From Candidatus Woesearchaeota archaeon (GTDB lineage: Archaea; Nanobdellota; Nanobdellia; Woesearchaeales; JABGUJ01): a stretch of 64,000 nucleotides of DNA. Below are positions 10,006 through 19,822 of the stretch, piece after piece (within the stretch, counting starts at the first letter, position 1; the number at the start of each line of letters is the position of its first letter). Location: the NCBI GenBank assembly GCA_018646625.1, contig JABGUJ010000001.1:503534-567533 (forward strand), given 5' to 3'. The translations under genes were made by a program, and so were the position numbers. Under the pieces are notes generated by a model. That model made no database searches and was not told the DNA's origin. It saw only the letters and a program-made list of their open reading frames with translations.

Positions 10006-10545
10006 ATGGCTTTTATCAGAATAAAAAAAATCAACGGCCAAGAGTATGTTTATCTCATAAGAAACAAATGGACTAAGCAAGGTTCAAGACAAAAGCTTTC
10101 AAAATACCTTGGTAAGTTGTACATACCAACCCTTGACAAACCTGATTTGAAATTTGAAGATTTCTCGGACATCGACTTTGAAAAATCTCTTTCTAGAGAT
10201 ATAGTGCGAGAATTAGTTAAATGGGAATTAGCAAGACATGGTTTTCAAGCAGTAAAAAAGAACTTAATGGTGAAAGACAATTGCTATGCCAACCTAGCTA
10301 CTAGAGATTTATATTTGGAAACTGAACGGGGCAGATCTAAAGCCGCAATTAAACTTTACAATGATTTCTTAGCAGAATATACATTAAGAAAATTATTAGA
10401 TTTCAAGACCGAAAAAATAGGTATGGAAATCGTTGGTCAAGAATTTGCGAGAGCATTCGTTATTGCGGGAATAAACGTACCTAAAGAAACATTCATCACG
10501 ATATTTCAAAAGATATACAACGATGGTGCAACAACTAAAATTTAA
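10006..10545 (+). CDS. hypothetical protein
   Basis: N-terminus FIRIKKINGQEYVYL...QKLSKYLG; TATA box upstream. Confidence 0.7.
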   Translation: MAFIRIKKINGQEYVYLIRNKWTKQGSRQKLSKYLGKLYIPTLDKPDLKFEDFSDIDFEKSLSRDIVRELVKWELARHGFQAVKKNLMVKDNCYANLATRDLYLETERGRSKAAIKLYNDFLAEYTLRKLLDFKTEKIGMEIVGQEFARAFVIAGINVPKETFITIFQKIYNDGATTKI

Positions 10546-10602
10546 CTACTAATGGGTGTCGAAAAGAGAAACACTTAAATACTGCTTCTTTACATAACTT
10601 GC

Positions 10603-11751
10603 ATGCCTAATCTATACACTACCTTTGATCATACTGTTAGTCAGAAAAGAATTCGCACTTTATACGGTGGAGTTTATGCAATGCTTGCAAAAGAGTTTGG
10701 TGCGAAACTTTTATCTCCCGATTTCTTCAAACATGTTCAAGCGAGAAATTTTGAAGATTCATTAGATCCTGTTGCTGAACTAGCTGATGCGGATTTTGTT
10801 TTTCATTCAGGCATGGATTTGCAGATGCAAGTATTTGATCAGGGGGTATTACCGCTAAATCTTTTTGCAGATCAAGAGGATTTTGATATGGATCAATATT
10901 CATTTCGGAGATCTGGAACTTCTGATATTGAACAAAGAACAAATAGATACTTATTTGCACACATTCCTGATAAAACTCATTGCCTATATGTTCCCCAAGA
11001 CTTCAAATGTACGGACATAACTGATAAGATGTCTGCCGTACAACTATTTGATGTTCTTAAAGTTCCATCACCACATTCTTTACCATTAAGTACAGTTCTC
11101 AAGTCATCACCTTATAGATTTGCAAAACACAGACGAGGTTCAAAATCACTACAAGTACATTATTTTGATGAAGATACTAATCCTTTTGGTGAATTTGGTA
11201 TTGATAACAGAGATTGGTTAGTTCAAGCAGAAGTGCCTTGTCCAACAAACTTTCCTTCATTTCTAAGGGTGAACTTTGATTTTGGTGCAATAACTGCAGT
11301 GGCTATTGAATATGATCCGACATTTGGAAAGGTTCCTGATCTGGCTAATGTAGATATTTTACCATTAACTCTGCATGGTTTTGAAACAAACCATAAATTA
11401 ACGGATTTGGAAAAACACATTCTTAATTCATATGGCATATCTGAAGAAAAGAGAGAAATTCCTGAGGAAGTTATGCGATACGCTAACTCTGTTATGGGTT
11501 GGTGTAACGGAATCGGTATACAGTGTGCGGGCATTGATTTTTTGAAAGATAAAGAAACCGGTGACTGGAATTGTGTAGATGTAAATAGATCTCCTGGTGC
11601 AATGATATATTATGTTCTAGAACGCACCAGAGACGTGAATCCATTATTCAGACAACCTTACAGGAGAGACGAGGATTTTACTCCTTTAAGGCGCGCAGCA
11701 ATTCATCAATACGTACGAGAACCTTTTGCGAAACTTATTGGTGCGGACTAA
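10603..11751 (+). CDS. divergent ATP-grasp fold protein (RimK/D-Ala ligase-like)
   Basis: DKMSAVQLF..LKVPSP, WLVQAEV and CAGIDFL...VDVNRSPG motifs. Confidence 0.65.
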   Translation: MPNLYTTFDHTVSQKRIRTLYGGVYAMLAKEFGAKLLSPDFFKHVQARNFEDSLDPVAELADADFVFHSGMDLQMQVFDQGVLPLNLFADQEDFDMDQYSFRRSGTSDIEQRTNRYLFAHIPDKTHCLYVPQDFKCTDITDKMSAVQLFDVLKVPSPHSLPLSTVLKSSPYRFAKHRRGSKSLQVHYFDEDTNPFGEFGIDNRDWLVQAEVPCPTNFPSFLRVNFDFGAITAVAIEYDPTFGKVPDLANVDILPLTLHGFETNHKLTDLEKHILNSYGISEEKREIPEEVMRYANSVMGWCNGIGIQCAGIDFLKDKETGDWNCVDVNRSPGAMIYYVLERTRDVNPLFRQPYRRDEDFTPLRRAAIHQYVREPFAKLIGAD

Positions 11752-12056
11752 CCAAATCTATATCCGTACAGCAGATTGCGAGGTGGTTTTCTATCTCCAA
11801 TTTTTTGAAGAGCTTTATCCCTGCCCCACACAATTTCTAGAATGTCGAATGTTTCCTCATACCAAGTATCTAGTCTCACTCTTACCGCATCTGCATTTCT
11901 TTGGCGTATATCTGCGTCAGGATCTCTGGAACACCTTTCATCTATACCTCTTCCGTCATCAAAACCTCTAAATCTGCGCAATGCTGCATTTTTTGCTTGA
12001 GCAACCAACATATACATCTGGGGGTCAGAACCATTGTCATACATACCAATCACCAA
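11748..12056 (-). CDS. hypothetical protein
   Basis: 102-aa ORF filling the gap between genes, convergent with the ATP-grasp gene. Confidence 0.5.
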   Translation of the reverse strand: MVIGMYDNGSDPQMYMLVAQAKNAALRRFRGFDDGRGIDERCSRDPDADIRQRNADAVRVRLDTWYEETFDILEIVWGRDKALQKIGDRKPPRNLLYGYRFG

Positions 12057-12161
12057 CTCTCTTTTCCTTAACAGTATTAAGACAAAATATACTTAAAAGA
12101 ACACCGACACAATTAATTACAAATTAGAAGCAATGTCATACCTAAGAAAAAACAAATTGAT

Positions 12162-12677
12162 TTATGTCAAATCAATATACTTATCATTTGACGTCTTCTT
12201 AACTAAATTATTAGATTTAAAACAGTCTATTATTCCGGAAAACAATTCTCTGATTTCTTTCATAACATTATCAAAGTCTGCAACATCTTTACTTGCAACT
12301 ATGATCATTAAATCATACTCGCCACTTAATTCATAGATTTCTGTAACTCGTTTGCAGTTTTTAAGAAATTTGATGAACTTATCAGTTTCTTCTTTACTAT
12401 AATTTTTCAATCTAAAGTTCACCAAATTAAGAAAAGAAAGACCCATCTTTGGGGGGTTAGTGACGGGTCTAAAAGAAGATATTACGCCCTGGTCCTTCAT
12501 CTTATTGATTCTGTAAACCACTAAATCTCTTTGAAGTGAAGTCCTTTCAGAAATAGAACTAACAGGCATTCTCGCATCTTCGCAAAGGCAACGCAATATC
12601 TTTTTGTCTTTAATGTCCAGAACGGACTTGCCACCAAGCTCGGCTCCTCCGCTTTTCTTAACCACTTTCCCAGACAT
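12162..12677 (-). CDS. Lrp/AsnC family transcriptional regulator
   Basis: LDIKDKKILRCLCEDARMP HTH; SGEYDL RAM domain. Confidence 0.92.
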   Translation of the reverse strand: MSGKVVKKSGGAELGGKSVLDIKDKKILRCLCEDARMPVSSISERTSLQRDLVVYRINKMKDQGVISSFRPVTNPPKMGLSFLNLVNFRLKNYSKEETDKFIKFLKNCKRVTEIYELSGEYDLMIIVASKDVADFDNVMKEIRELFSGIIDCFKSNNLVKKTSNDKYIDLT

Positions 12678-12734
12678 GACCCGTAAAATACGGACATAAT
12701 ATATAAACATTACGTATATTACGAAAGAATAGTT

Positions 12735-14939
12735 CTATTCTGAAATGTGCGTTGCTACCTGTCTTTTCAATACACCCAGGTAGTGCTCTCTAAGATTTCT
12801 GCTACCGCAAGCTAAAGATACCATTTGAAAAAGTTCGCTGTAATCTCTAGCCTCTAGCTTATCCACAAAAGAGGAATATTGGGGGTGATTGCAGTTAACC
12901 CTTAAAGCAACATCCATTACTTTCAATTCAGGACTAAAAGCATGTATTGTAGACAACAATGGTTTTCTTGAGGAAATATTTTCTGTTTCATAGAAATGAA
13001 CACCCATGCGATCGATACCAGAAATCCAAGATGTCCCCGAGTCTGAAACATATTTGCCAAAACCGTTGTATGCTTCTCTAAGTGAATCTTCAAGACAATT
13101 TGTAGATAAACATCCTTGAAACTTCTTCACAACCTTATACTTTTTGTATCGACTTGGACCGTGCTTTTCTTCTGTTTGCATAAGTCTACTTACAGGACCT
13201 CTCTCTGATTCTCCTCCCACAAGATCATATAAATCATCCAACTTATTTTCACATTTTCTAACGTGAGATCTCCTCAACCTATATGCGACATAGCTTAACA
13301 AAGCAGCACCACCAATTATTTCAGCAGTTACGGCACCAGAAGTCAAAAGAAAATGAGTTTGGTCTGCCGCACTAGGCTCAACAACTTGGGATGCGGTCTC
13401 CGCAATAACTCTTTGTGTGTATTCAACCCTGCTTGCAGATTTTTGGACTGCTTCGGGATCTTTAGAAAATGTTGAGTAGAGATATGAGAAAATTGCAGAG
13501 CCTAACCATACACTTCCTGCCGCAAGGCCAGTTCTAAACGTACCTTTGCTTGCTTTAGCCAAATGCTCTCCAGCTTTTCCTGAACAACGATACCCTGAGT
13601 GTAATCCTAGTTGTCTCAATCTTCCAGCCAAATCCGAATCATCTACGATTGAACGATGAAAATATACTGTTGGTTCACGCATAACCAAAGTCGGCATAAA
13701 AGAAGGATAATCGTATAAATTAATAATGCCTTGCTCAGCGAGTGATTTCAGCTCATTAAAACTAATTTTATCTTTTGAATAATGTGCAACTTCAAATATT
13801 GCTTCATTTTCTAGAGTTGGAATTGATACCCCTGATAAGAGATACGCTTGAGCATGAGGAATAAATTCTGGATTTTCTTTTACAAAGTCTCCAAATGCAA
13901 CAAACATCTCGTCAATCTTTTCTCTAACATACTCGGCAACTTTAACTTTTTTTGCTTGAGCTATATTGGCATCAGTTCTAGATAAGTCAGTTCTAACATC
14001 TCTGTGATTAAGTGCACTCAAAATTGGGACCGATCTAACTAAGTCCAATCCATCTTTACTATCAAAGAGATCTTCTATTGTATGTCCATCTAGCTTAAAC
14101 CTAATTCCGTTATTATGAAGAACAAGATGACTTCCTTCGTAAATTGGGCCCAAGCGATCATGATTTCTAAACAAATCTCTGTGAGTATTATTTCTTAACA
14201 AGAAGGTTCCCTTACCATCTCTATCCGAAAAACCATATGAGAATATAACTTTTCTACGACCATCTTTATGAACGTCAAAAAGCTCTTCTGCTGTTTTATT
14301 AATCCTTTCACCATTTATGGTTATAGGAACTTCAGCTAGTTCACAATAATTTCTAATAAAATCAATTTCACGTTGATAATTCACATTTTTTCTCTTAACA
14401 GTTATCCTTGTGCCTTGCTCAGAAAAACTACTTTCTTTGTAGACTGCACTGTGCCCTAAAGCCCCATTAGTATCGAGATATTCAATGGATTTACCATCTT
14501 TATATGATTCAACTCTTATTGAACTGGGCTTTAATCTTTTTGTAGATGTGAAGCCAACACCAAACCCCCCTACATAACTAAGTGCAATTTCCCTTGCATC
14601 TCTCATCTCCTTGCCTGCTTTTTTATGAACATTGCCTAAAAGAAGAAGTTCATTCTCTATATCACGTTGTGTAAGACCTGTGCCGTTGTCTTGAATAACA
14701 ACCTCTTCTGCATCTATTTTAATATCAATACTTCCCTTCTCTGATGCATGAGTACCATATTTTTCAATAATGCTATCGAGCGCATTTTGAACTAATTCCC
14801 TACCTACTGCTAACGCGTTTGGAAACATTTCAAATGCAAGCTCTTGCAATGCTCTTTCTGGATCTATGCTTATCGCTAGTCCGCCAGCTGGCGAGACCAT
14901 AACATCCAAAGTATCCAATGAACTAGTTGAGTGCAGCAT
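12735..14939 (-). CDS. Hsp90/GHKL-type ATPase with two transmembrane segments
   Basis: RELVQNALD, DNGTGL, GGFGVGF, GTRITV; DLSR loop; two hydrophobic segments; C-terminal VNCNHP. Confidence 0.8.
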   Translation of the reverse strand: MLHSTSSLDTLDVMVSPAGGLAISIDPERALQELAFEMFPNALAVGRELVQNALDSIIEKYGTHASEKGSIDIKIDAEEVVIQDNGTGLTQRDIENELLLLGNVHKKAGKEMRDAREIALSYVGGFGVGFTSTKRLKPSSIRVESYKDGKSIEYLDTNGALGHSAVYKESSFSEQGTRITVKRKNVNYQREIDFIRNYCELAEVPITINGERINKTAEELFDVHKDGRRKVIFSYGFSDRDGKGTFLLRNNTHRDLFRNHDRLGPIYEGSHLVLHNNGIRFKLDGHTIEDLFDSKDGLDLVRSVPILSALNHRDVRTDLSRTDANIAQAKKVKVAEYVREKIDEMFVAFGDFVKENPEFIPHAQAYLLSGVSIPTLENEAIFEVAHYSKDKISFNELKSLAEQGIINLYDYPSFMPTLVMREPTVYFHRSIVDDSDLAGRLRQLGLHSGYRCSGKAGEHLAKASKGTFRTGLAAGSVWLGSAIFSYLYSTFSKDPEAVQKSASRVEYTQRVIAETASQVVEPSAADQTHFLLTSGAVTAEIIGGAALLSYVAYRLRRSHVRKCENKLDDLYDLVGGESERGPVSRLMQTEEKHGPSRYKKYKVVKKFQGCLSTNCLEDSLREAYNGFGKYVSDSGTSWISGIDRMGVHFYETENISSRKPLLSTIHAFSPELKVMDVALRVNCNHPQYSSFVDKLEARDYSELFQMVSLACGSRNLREHYLGVLKRQVATHISE

Positions 14940-17900
14940 TTTGAGTATGTTTTCCTAATTTTGCAAAGTATTTTGAGCCAGGATTAACCAACCCATCATC
15001 AGTTGATACATCCAAAACAACATCAATGGCGAGTTTATCAATCGGAGTAGGGTTGCCATTTCCAAGTCCTACAATGAGGGGGTGGTTCATATTGAGATAA
15101 AGTGTGCCTGATTGATATTTTGCAAGACGAGGCGTTGAATTTCTTATATGATAATCAAACTTACCCGGCTTTACAGCCTTTGTTTTTCTTTTTATTTTTC
15201 TATCCAGAGCAAGAACCCCTTCCACTCTATCAACGAGTGATCGTTCCGGTTCACTAAGTTCTCGTTCATCTTCAAAAATATGAAAGTGAGAATCTTGATC
15301 CACGCTTGCAAGTTTGTATCCTAAAACAGATTCGACACATCCTCTTACAAACGATTGGGTTGTTGAAGTTAACGATCCCATGTCAAGAACAGGGATTCTT
15401 TTTTGAGTATAGTGGGGGGTGGTTGAAGTATTTTCATTGCTATATAGAATCTCTCCTTCTCTTTCACCAATCTCAACAAGATCAAACATTGATAAAGGCG
15501 CACCATAGTTGTGTGCATAAACTATTGGCTTACTCATCAAAGCTTGAATATAATCAGGAAGATGTTCTCTAATCATAGTCTTCTTGAATTTTTTCATTGC
15601 TTCTTTATTAAAACCCAAAGTACTGGAGTGCCCTTTTCTGCCAAATAATCTTTGCTCAAAAAACTTTAATTCAGACATATTTAACGAAAGAAGATCATAC
15701 TCTCTACTTAATTCATCATCTGAAAATAAATTAGAATCCAATCTGTATCTTTTTCGTAAAGATCTCTTTATTCTGTGTCTTCCAAATATAACACCTCCAA
15801 TACCTAGTAACCCGAGAGCCACAGGCCAATATGGTGGATCGTTTGTTTTTTTTGGATCAGTAACTTCAACAGGAACCCACATATCTTTTTCTGTAGAGTA
15901 CCACTCAATCCATGCATGACCTACATCACCAACAGCGCCTACAACAACTCTGCTTGGAACGCCGCTTTCTCTCAAAGAATAAGCAGCAACTTGCGCAAAG
16001 TCTAAACACACGCCCATCTTTTTCTCAAGATAAACTTGCATATTATTACGAACAAGTTTACTCATTTCTAAACCCAATCCGTCTAGAATATCTTTGGTGT
16101 AAGTCATCTCCTGCTTCACAGATGATACAATTCTATCAACAACTTGGTCTGTAGTAAGTGCACTTCTCTCGTTCCAATCAAGAGCGAAAGGGGATTTTAC
16201 ATCACGCAAGGTGCGTTTGTATTCCCACAAATCATCAAGACCGAACATCTTCATAGAAGTTATTGGATCTTTATCTCTTAGTGCCACAAAAACACCATCC
16301 GAATTAAGGTGGTCATACGTTCCAGTCTTCAAATAATGACCCATTCCATGAATTGCGTATACCAACTGTGTTTCTCTATGTGCTTTTGCGAATGCATCAT
16401 TTTCTTGAGTGGGAGGTTCAAAACTCACAGTCCGGGATACTTGTGGTACGACAATATCTACTAACGACGCAGGATCACGTTCGTAACGTGCAGGCGCCCG
16501 GCCAGTAACTATTTCAGAACCATGATCAACAAACAGATTAATAAAACCCTTGCCCAGGCCGGATGTAAAATCAACTACAGAACCAACCAGCCAAGAAGCA
16601 CCATCATACATTGTTTCTAGAAAGTTGCGACCATTCTCTTTCAAGCCTTCTTCAAAAAATAGTGCACCAGTGCCAACAAGGCTTTGGTCTGAATCTTTCT
16701 CTGATGTGCGAATTCTCTCTTGCAATTGTGAGTATGTAACATTTGGATCTAAATGTATATTCTCCTCAACTTGGACCACTTGAACTCCAGGAGTTCTTTG
16801 TGTTTTAGGTTTAATATCATAAAAACCCTCATACACACCTTTGCCAAAACCAAAAATCATTAAGGCGAGCGCACCCGCCGCAACAGCTCTTGTAGTATAC
16901 TTACCAGCATTAGACCAGAAATTTATAGAGTCTTTGCCAAATATCTTTCTTCCTAAACTGTAAATGGGTTTTGCGGCTAACAATGCACCAGCACAAAACC
17001 CGATAGTTAAAGGACCACAATCCTTAAGATAGTAGAACCCAATCGCTGCAGCTCCTAACTTCGCTGCACGCATCACGTATTTTCTATTAGTTATTGCTCT
17101 ATATGTAGTATCAACCGCTCTCTCTCCTAATGTAAGATCATCAATACCTCTAAAATTATTGGGTTGTAATCCCAAACTAGAAACTGTAAAGTCTCTATCG
17201 AAACCATCCACTCTTCTTTCAATTAAATTCATAACAGCAGAATGAACTTCGTCTTCTAAAAAAGCATTTCTACTGAGGACTGTGCGTAAATGTGGACTAC
17301 TTATTTCAATTTCTAAATCATTTCTAGAGATTCCATAATTTTGTACGAGAATGTCATGTTGTCTAACTCTAGCAACACCTTTTCTTGATCCTTCTCTATA
17401 ACTCACATGACCGGTAACATCAATCTCCTCGGCTAAATCACTATCGCTCATCACTACTGGAACAGAAATATCCCTTGGAACAGGAGTCTGATTAAGAACA
17501 AAAGAATGAGAATCATATTCTCTATTTATGGCTCTAGCAACCGTTTCGGGTTTGAATCCAAAAGGGTGAACATGGACGTTGTGTGTTTCATTAGGAACAG
17601 CGCTACACCACCGGTGCATCTCTTGAATGCCTGGAATAACGTAGTTCTCCGCAAAGTAAACATCAGAAAAGGCAACAACCCCTCCTTCAAGATCATAGTT
17701 GTCAACACGAACACTAATATCTTGTCCATAATCGTCCGTAAAAATATGATTCAATCGTCTAGCTGTAACTTCATCTGGCATCTGGAGATATATTGTAACT
17801 TCGGTGCCTTCTTCGATATCACTCTCAATAAACTTATCTGCATAACCAAATTTGAAATCAGAACTTACTACTGTCTTCCAGGCATCATGTCCCTCTTTTT

Positions 17901-18285
17901 TAGATTGAACTTCCACACCCATTAACGTATCATACTTAAACAAAGATAAGAAACCAATACCTTTTTCTCCAGGTCTTTTAGGATCAAACTTTTTGTCGCT
18001 ATTGAATGCCCTCAACAAAAGATTCAACGCATCATCTTTACTCATGCCAATTCCATTGTCAACATATCTTATTCTATAAACGCCACCATCGTTTACCTTT
18101 TCGAAGAACATATGAGAATCTGTAGCAAATGCCCCTAAAGCATTTTGAATCAATTCTCTCAACGCAGTTTCTTGCCTGTGATATTGATTTATTACGCTAT
18201 CCATTATGTTTCTGAGACTTCTATCATCTAGCTCATCAACATGAAATCCTTTAGAATGGGCAATTATTCTATCATCTAACGTCAT
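14923..18285 (-). CDS. Hsp90/GHKL-type ATPase with TM segments and a transglutaminase-like domain
   Basis: RELIQNALG, DNGIGM, GEKGIGF, GTEVTI; VLSRN loop; GVCLDFAQ...GHAWIEW...WVPVEVT; C-terminal LYLNMNHPLI. Confidence 0.85.
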   Translation of the reverse strand: MTLDDRIIAHSKGFHVDELDDRSLRNIMDSVINQYHRQETALRELIQNALGAFATDSHMFFEKVNDGGVYRIRYVDNGIGMSKDDALNLLLRAFNSDKKFDPKRPGEKGIGFLSLFKYDTLMGVEVQSKKEGHDAWKTVVSSDFKFGYADKFIESDIEEGTEVTIYLQMPDEVTARRLNHIFTDDYGQDISVRVDNYDLEGGVVAFSDVYFAENYVIPGIQEMHRWCSAVPNETHNVHVHPFGFKPETVARAINREYDSHSFVLNQTPVPRDISVPVVMSDSDLAEEIDVTGHVSYREGSRKGVARVRQHDILVQNYGISRNDLEIEISSPHLRTVLSRNAFLEDEVHSAVMNLIERRVDGFDRDFTVSSLGLQPNNFRGIDDLTLGERAVDTTYRAITNRKYVMRAAKLGAAAIGFYYLKDCGPLTIGFCAGALLAAKPIYSLGRKIFGKDSINFWSNAGKYTTRAVAAGALALMIFGFGKGVYEGFYDIKPKTQRTPGVQVVQVEENIHLDPNVTYSQLQERIRTSEKDSDQSLVGTGALFFEEGLKENGRNFLETMYDGASWLVGSVVDFTSGLGKGFINLFVDHGSEIVTGRAPARYERDPASLVDIVVPQVSRTVSFEPPTQENDAFAKAHRETQLVYAIHGMGHYLKTGTYDHLNSDGVFVALRDKDPITSMKMFGLDDLWEYKRTLRDVKSPFALDWNERSALTTDQVVDRIVSSVKQEMTYTKDILDGLGLEMSKLVRNNMQVYLEKKMGVCLDFAQVAAYSLRESGVPSRVVVGAVGDVGHAWIEWYSTEKDMWVPVEVTDPKKTNDPPYWPVALGLLGIGGVIFGRHRIKRSLRKRYRLDSNLFSDDELSREYDLLSLNMSELKFFEQRLFGRKGHSSTLGFNKEAMKKFKKTMIREHLPDYIQALMSKPIVYAHNYGAPLSMFDLVEIGEREGEILYSNENTSTTPHYTQKRIPVLDMGSLTSTTQSFVRGCVESVLGYKLASVDQDSHFHIFEDERELSEPERSLVDRVEGVLALDRKIKRKTKAVKPGKFDYHIRNSTPRLAKYQSGTLYLNMNHPLIVGLGNGNPTPIDKLAIDVVLDVSTDDGLVNPGSKYFAKLGKHTQNAALN

Positions 18286-18408
18286 TATTTTTTCTCCGAA
18301 GAAATAATGAAGACAATAATATATAAACCTTTCTAATTATAACTACTACACAGTGACTAACAAAAAACACCCCAAACCTTATAAATCTTGCAGTAGAACC
18401 AGTCTGGC

Positions 18409-18678
18409 ATGGCAATTCTAAAAGCAATGGGTTTATTTGACCTTTTAGCTGCCGCCTTAATCCTTATGGCGCACTACGGAATATTTACCTGGAGACCGTT
18501 ATTTGCTGCTGCTGCTTGGCTTTTCTTAAAAGCATACATATACAAAGGAGATTTTGCCAGCATCATAGATTTTTTCTGCGGAATATACATCATAATGTTG
18601 ATGTTTGGATTACACAGTATATTGACTTTTATTTTCGCAGTTTATTTAATACAAAAAGCACTAGTGAGCATGATATAA
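18409..18678 (+). CDS. small multi-pass membrane protein
   Basis: 89-aa hydrophobic ORF with a TATA box upstream. Confidence 0.75.
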   Translation: MAILKAMGLFDLLAAALILMAHYGIFTWRPLFAAAAWLFLKAYIYKGDFASIIDFFCGIYIIMLMFGLHSILTFIFAVYLIQKALVSMI

Positions 18679-18867
18679 ATGGCATACTTATACAAATTTT
18701 TAATGAAGAGCAAGAAAAACTGTTTCATCTTTTCTTTCTTAATGGCATTACTTGATTTCTTTATTGTAACTTTAATATTTCAAGATGAATGGAATCTTCT
18801 GAGAGCAGTCATCGTTGGACTAAGCGTTGCACTAATATTTCAACTAAATGCAATTTATCAGAAATAA
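18679..18867 (+). CDS. small 2-TM membrane protein
   Basis: directly abuts the previous gene; two hydrophobic helices. Confidence 0.55.
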   Translation: MAYLYKFLMKSKKNCFIFSFLMALLDFFIVTLIFQDEWNLLRAVIVGLSVALIFQLNAIYQK

Positions 18868-19485
18868 TTATGCCTTTTTCGCCATAAAGTAAATAGTTTT
18901 TCTCCCAGAAAGTCCTTTAGAATTTTTCACAGAAGCATGAAACATGTTTAGCTTGCATTTTTTTAACAAACTTTTCAACTCTTCCTCCTTAAAGAACGAG
19001 TAAAACTTGGGCGCACCATTATATCTTGGATCTAGAAAAACACCCTCTCCATCTCCCCATTTGAAATTAAGATATATTATTCCTCCCTTCTTCAACACCC
19101 TAACTAACAGTCTCAAAGCAACCTCCACATCTGATTTGCTTAGATGTACTAAAGTCGCACAGCACCACACACCATCAAAAGTGTTTTCTTCAAAGTCTAG
19201 CTTTAGAATATCCTGAACTAGAAAGTTAACGCCCTTGGCATATTTTTTTGCATGTTCAATCAACTTGGAAGATAAATCAATACCGGTAGTATCAACTCCT
19301 TTATCATAAAACAACTTAGAATCTCTGCCAAAGCCACAACCTGCATCAAGAACCTTGCTGTGTTTGGGTAAGCGCATAATAAATTCATCAAACCTACTGG
19401 CGTCTGATAATTTCTCTGTTTGTTTCATATACTCTTCAACATGAGTATCATAGAAATTAATAGTATCTTTCAAATATTCTTTCAT
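18868..19485 (-). CDS. class I SAM-dependent methyltransferase
   Basis: VLDAGCGFG, GIDLS, FDGVWCCATLVH; start reassigned to MKEYL to avoid overlapping the upstream gene. Confidence 0.9.
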   Translation of the reverse strand: MKEYLKDTINFYDTHVEEYMKQTEKLSDASRFDEFIMRLPKHSKVLDAGCGFGRDSKLFYDKGVDTTGIDLSSKLIEHAKKYAKGVNFLVQDILKLDFEENTFDGVWCCATLVHLSKSDVEVALRLLVRVLKKGGIIYLNFKWGDGEGVFLDPRYNGAPKFYSFFKEEELKSLLKKCKLNMFHASVKNSKGLSGRKTIYFMAKKA

Positions 19486-19498
19486 AACTACCATCCAA

Positions 19499-19822
19499 TT
19501 ATCTAATATACCCAGCTTCTTGTGCCCATCTAGATAACTTATACGAAGCAAAGAACACAACCAACAAAAGTAATTTCTCGAAAGCATCATACCCTGCCAA
19601 GAACCCAAATAAGAATGCAACAATTGCAACAACTGCCACCAAAACACCTTTTTTCTTCTTGTACATTGCTCTGCCAACCATAAAGGCCACCAAAACAGTA
19701 ATTGATATTTTTACAGCGAGCGAGGTCATAAATATTCTTAACAAAAACCCAACTATAATTGCAGCCGCAAAAGCTAGTTCGACATATGATCCTGAAAAGT
19801 CAAATACTCCTTTCTTATCCAT
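19499..19822 (-). CDS. small multi-pass membrane protein
   Basis: 107 aa, about 4 TMs, in operon context. Confidence 0.7.
   Translation of the reverse strand: MDKKGVFDFSGSYVELAFAAAIIVGFLLRIFMTSLAVKISITVLVAFMVGRAMYKKKKGVLVAVVAIVAFLFGFLAGYDAFEKLLLLVVFFASYKLSRWAQEAGYIR

Noticed and set aside
9991..10545. Transposase, from an IS1634-like N-terminus (FIRIKK...YVYL...KYLG)
   Set aside because: Too short, no DDE domain, no terminal inverted repeats or target duplication seen
12735..18285. Histidine kinase, MutL or topoisomerase VI-B assignment for the GHKL proteins
   Set aside because: No H-box, MutL or TopoVI partner motifs; the motifs fit the Hsp90-like branch better
19486..19677. Long N-terminal extension of the 18868 methyltransferase in the ORF track
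   Set aside because: Overlaps the upstream membrane-protein gene out of frame; the downstream ATG is more plausible
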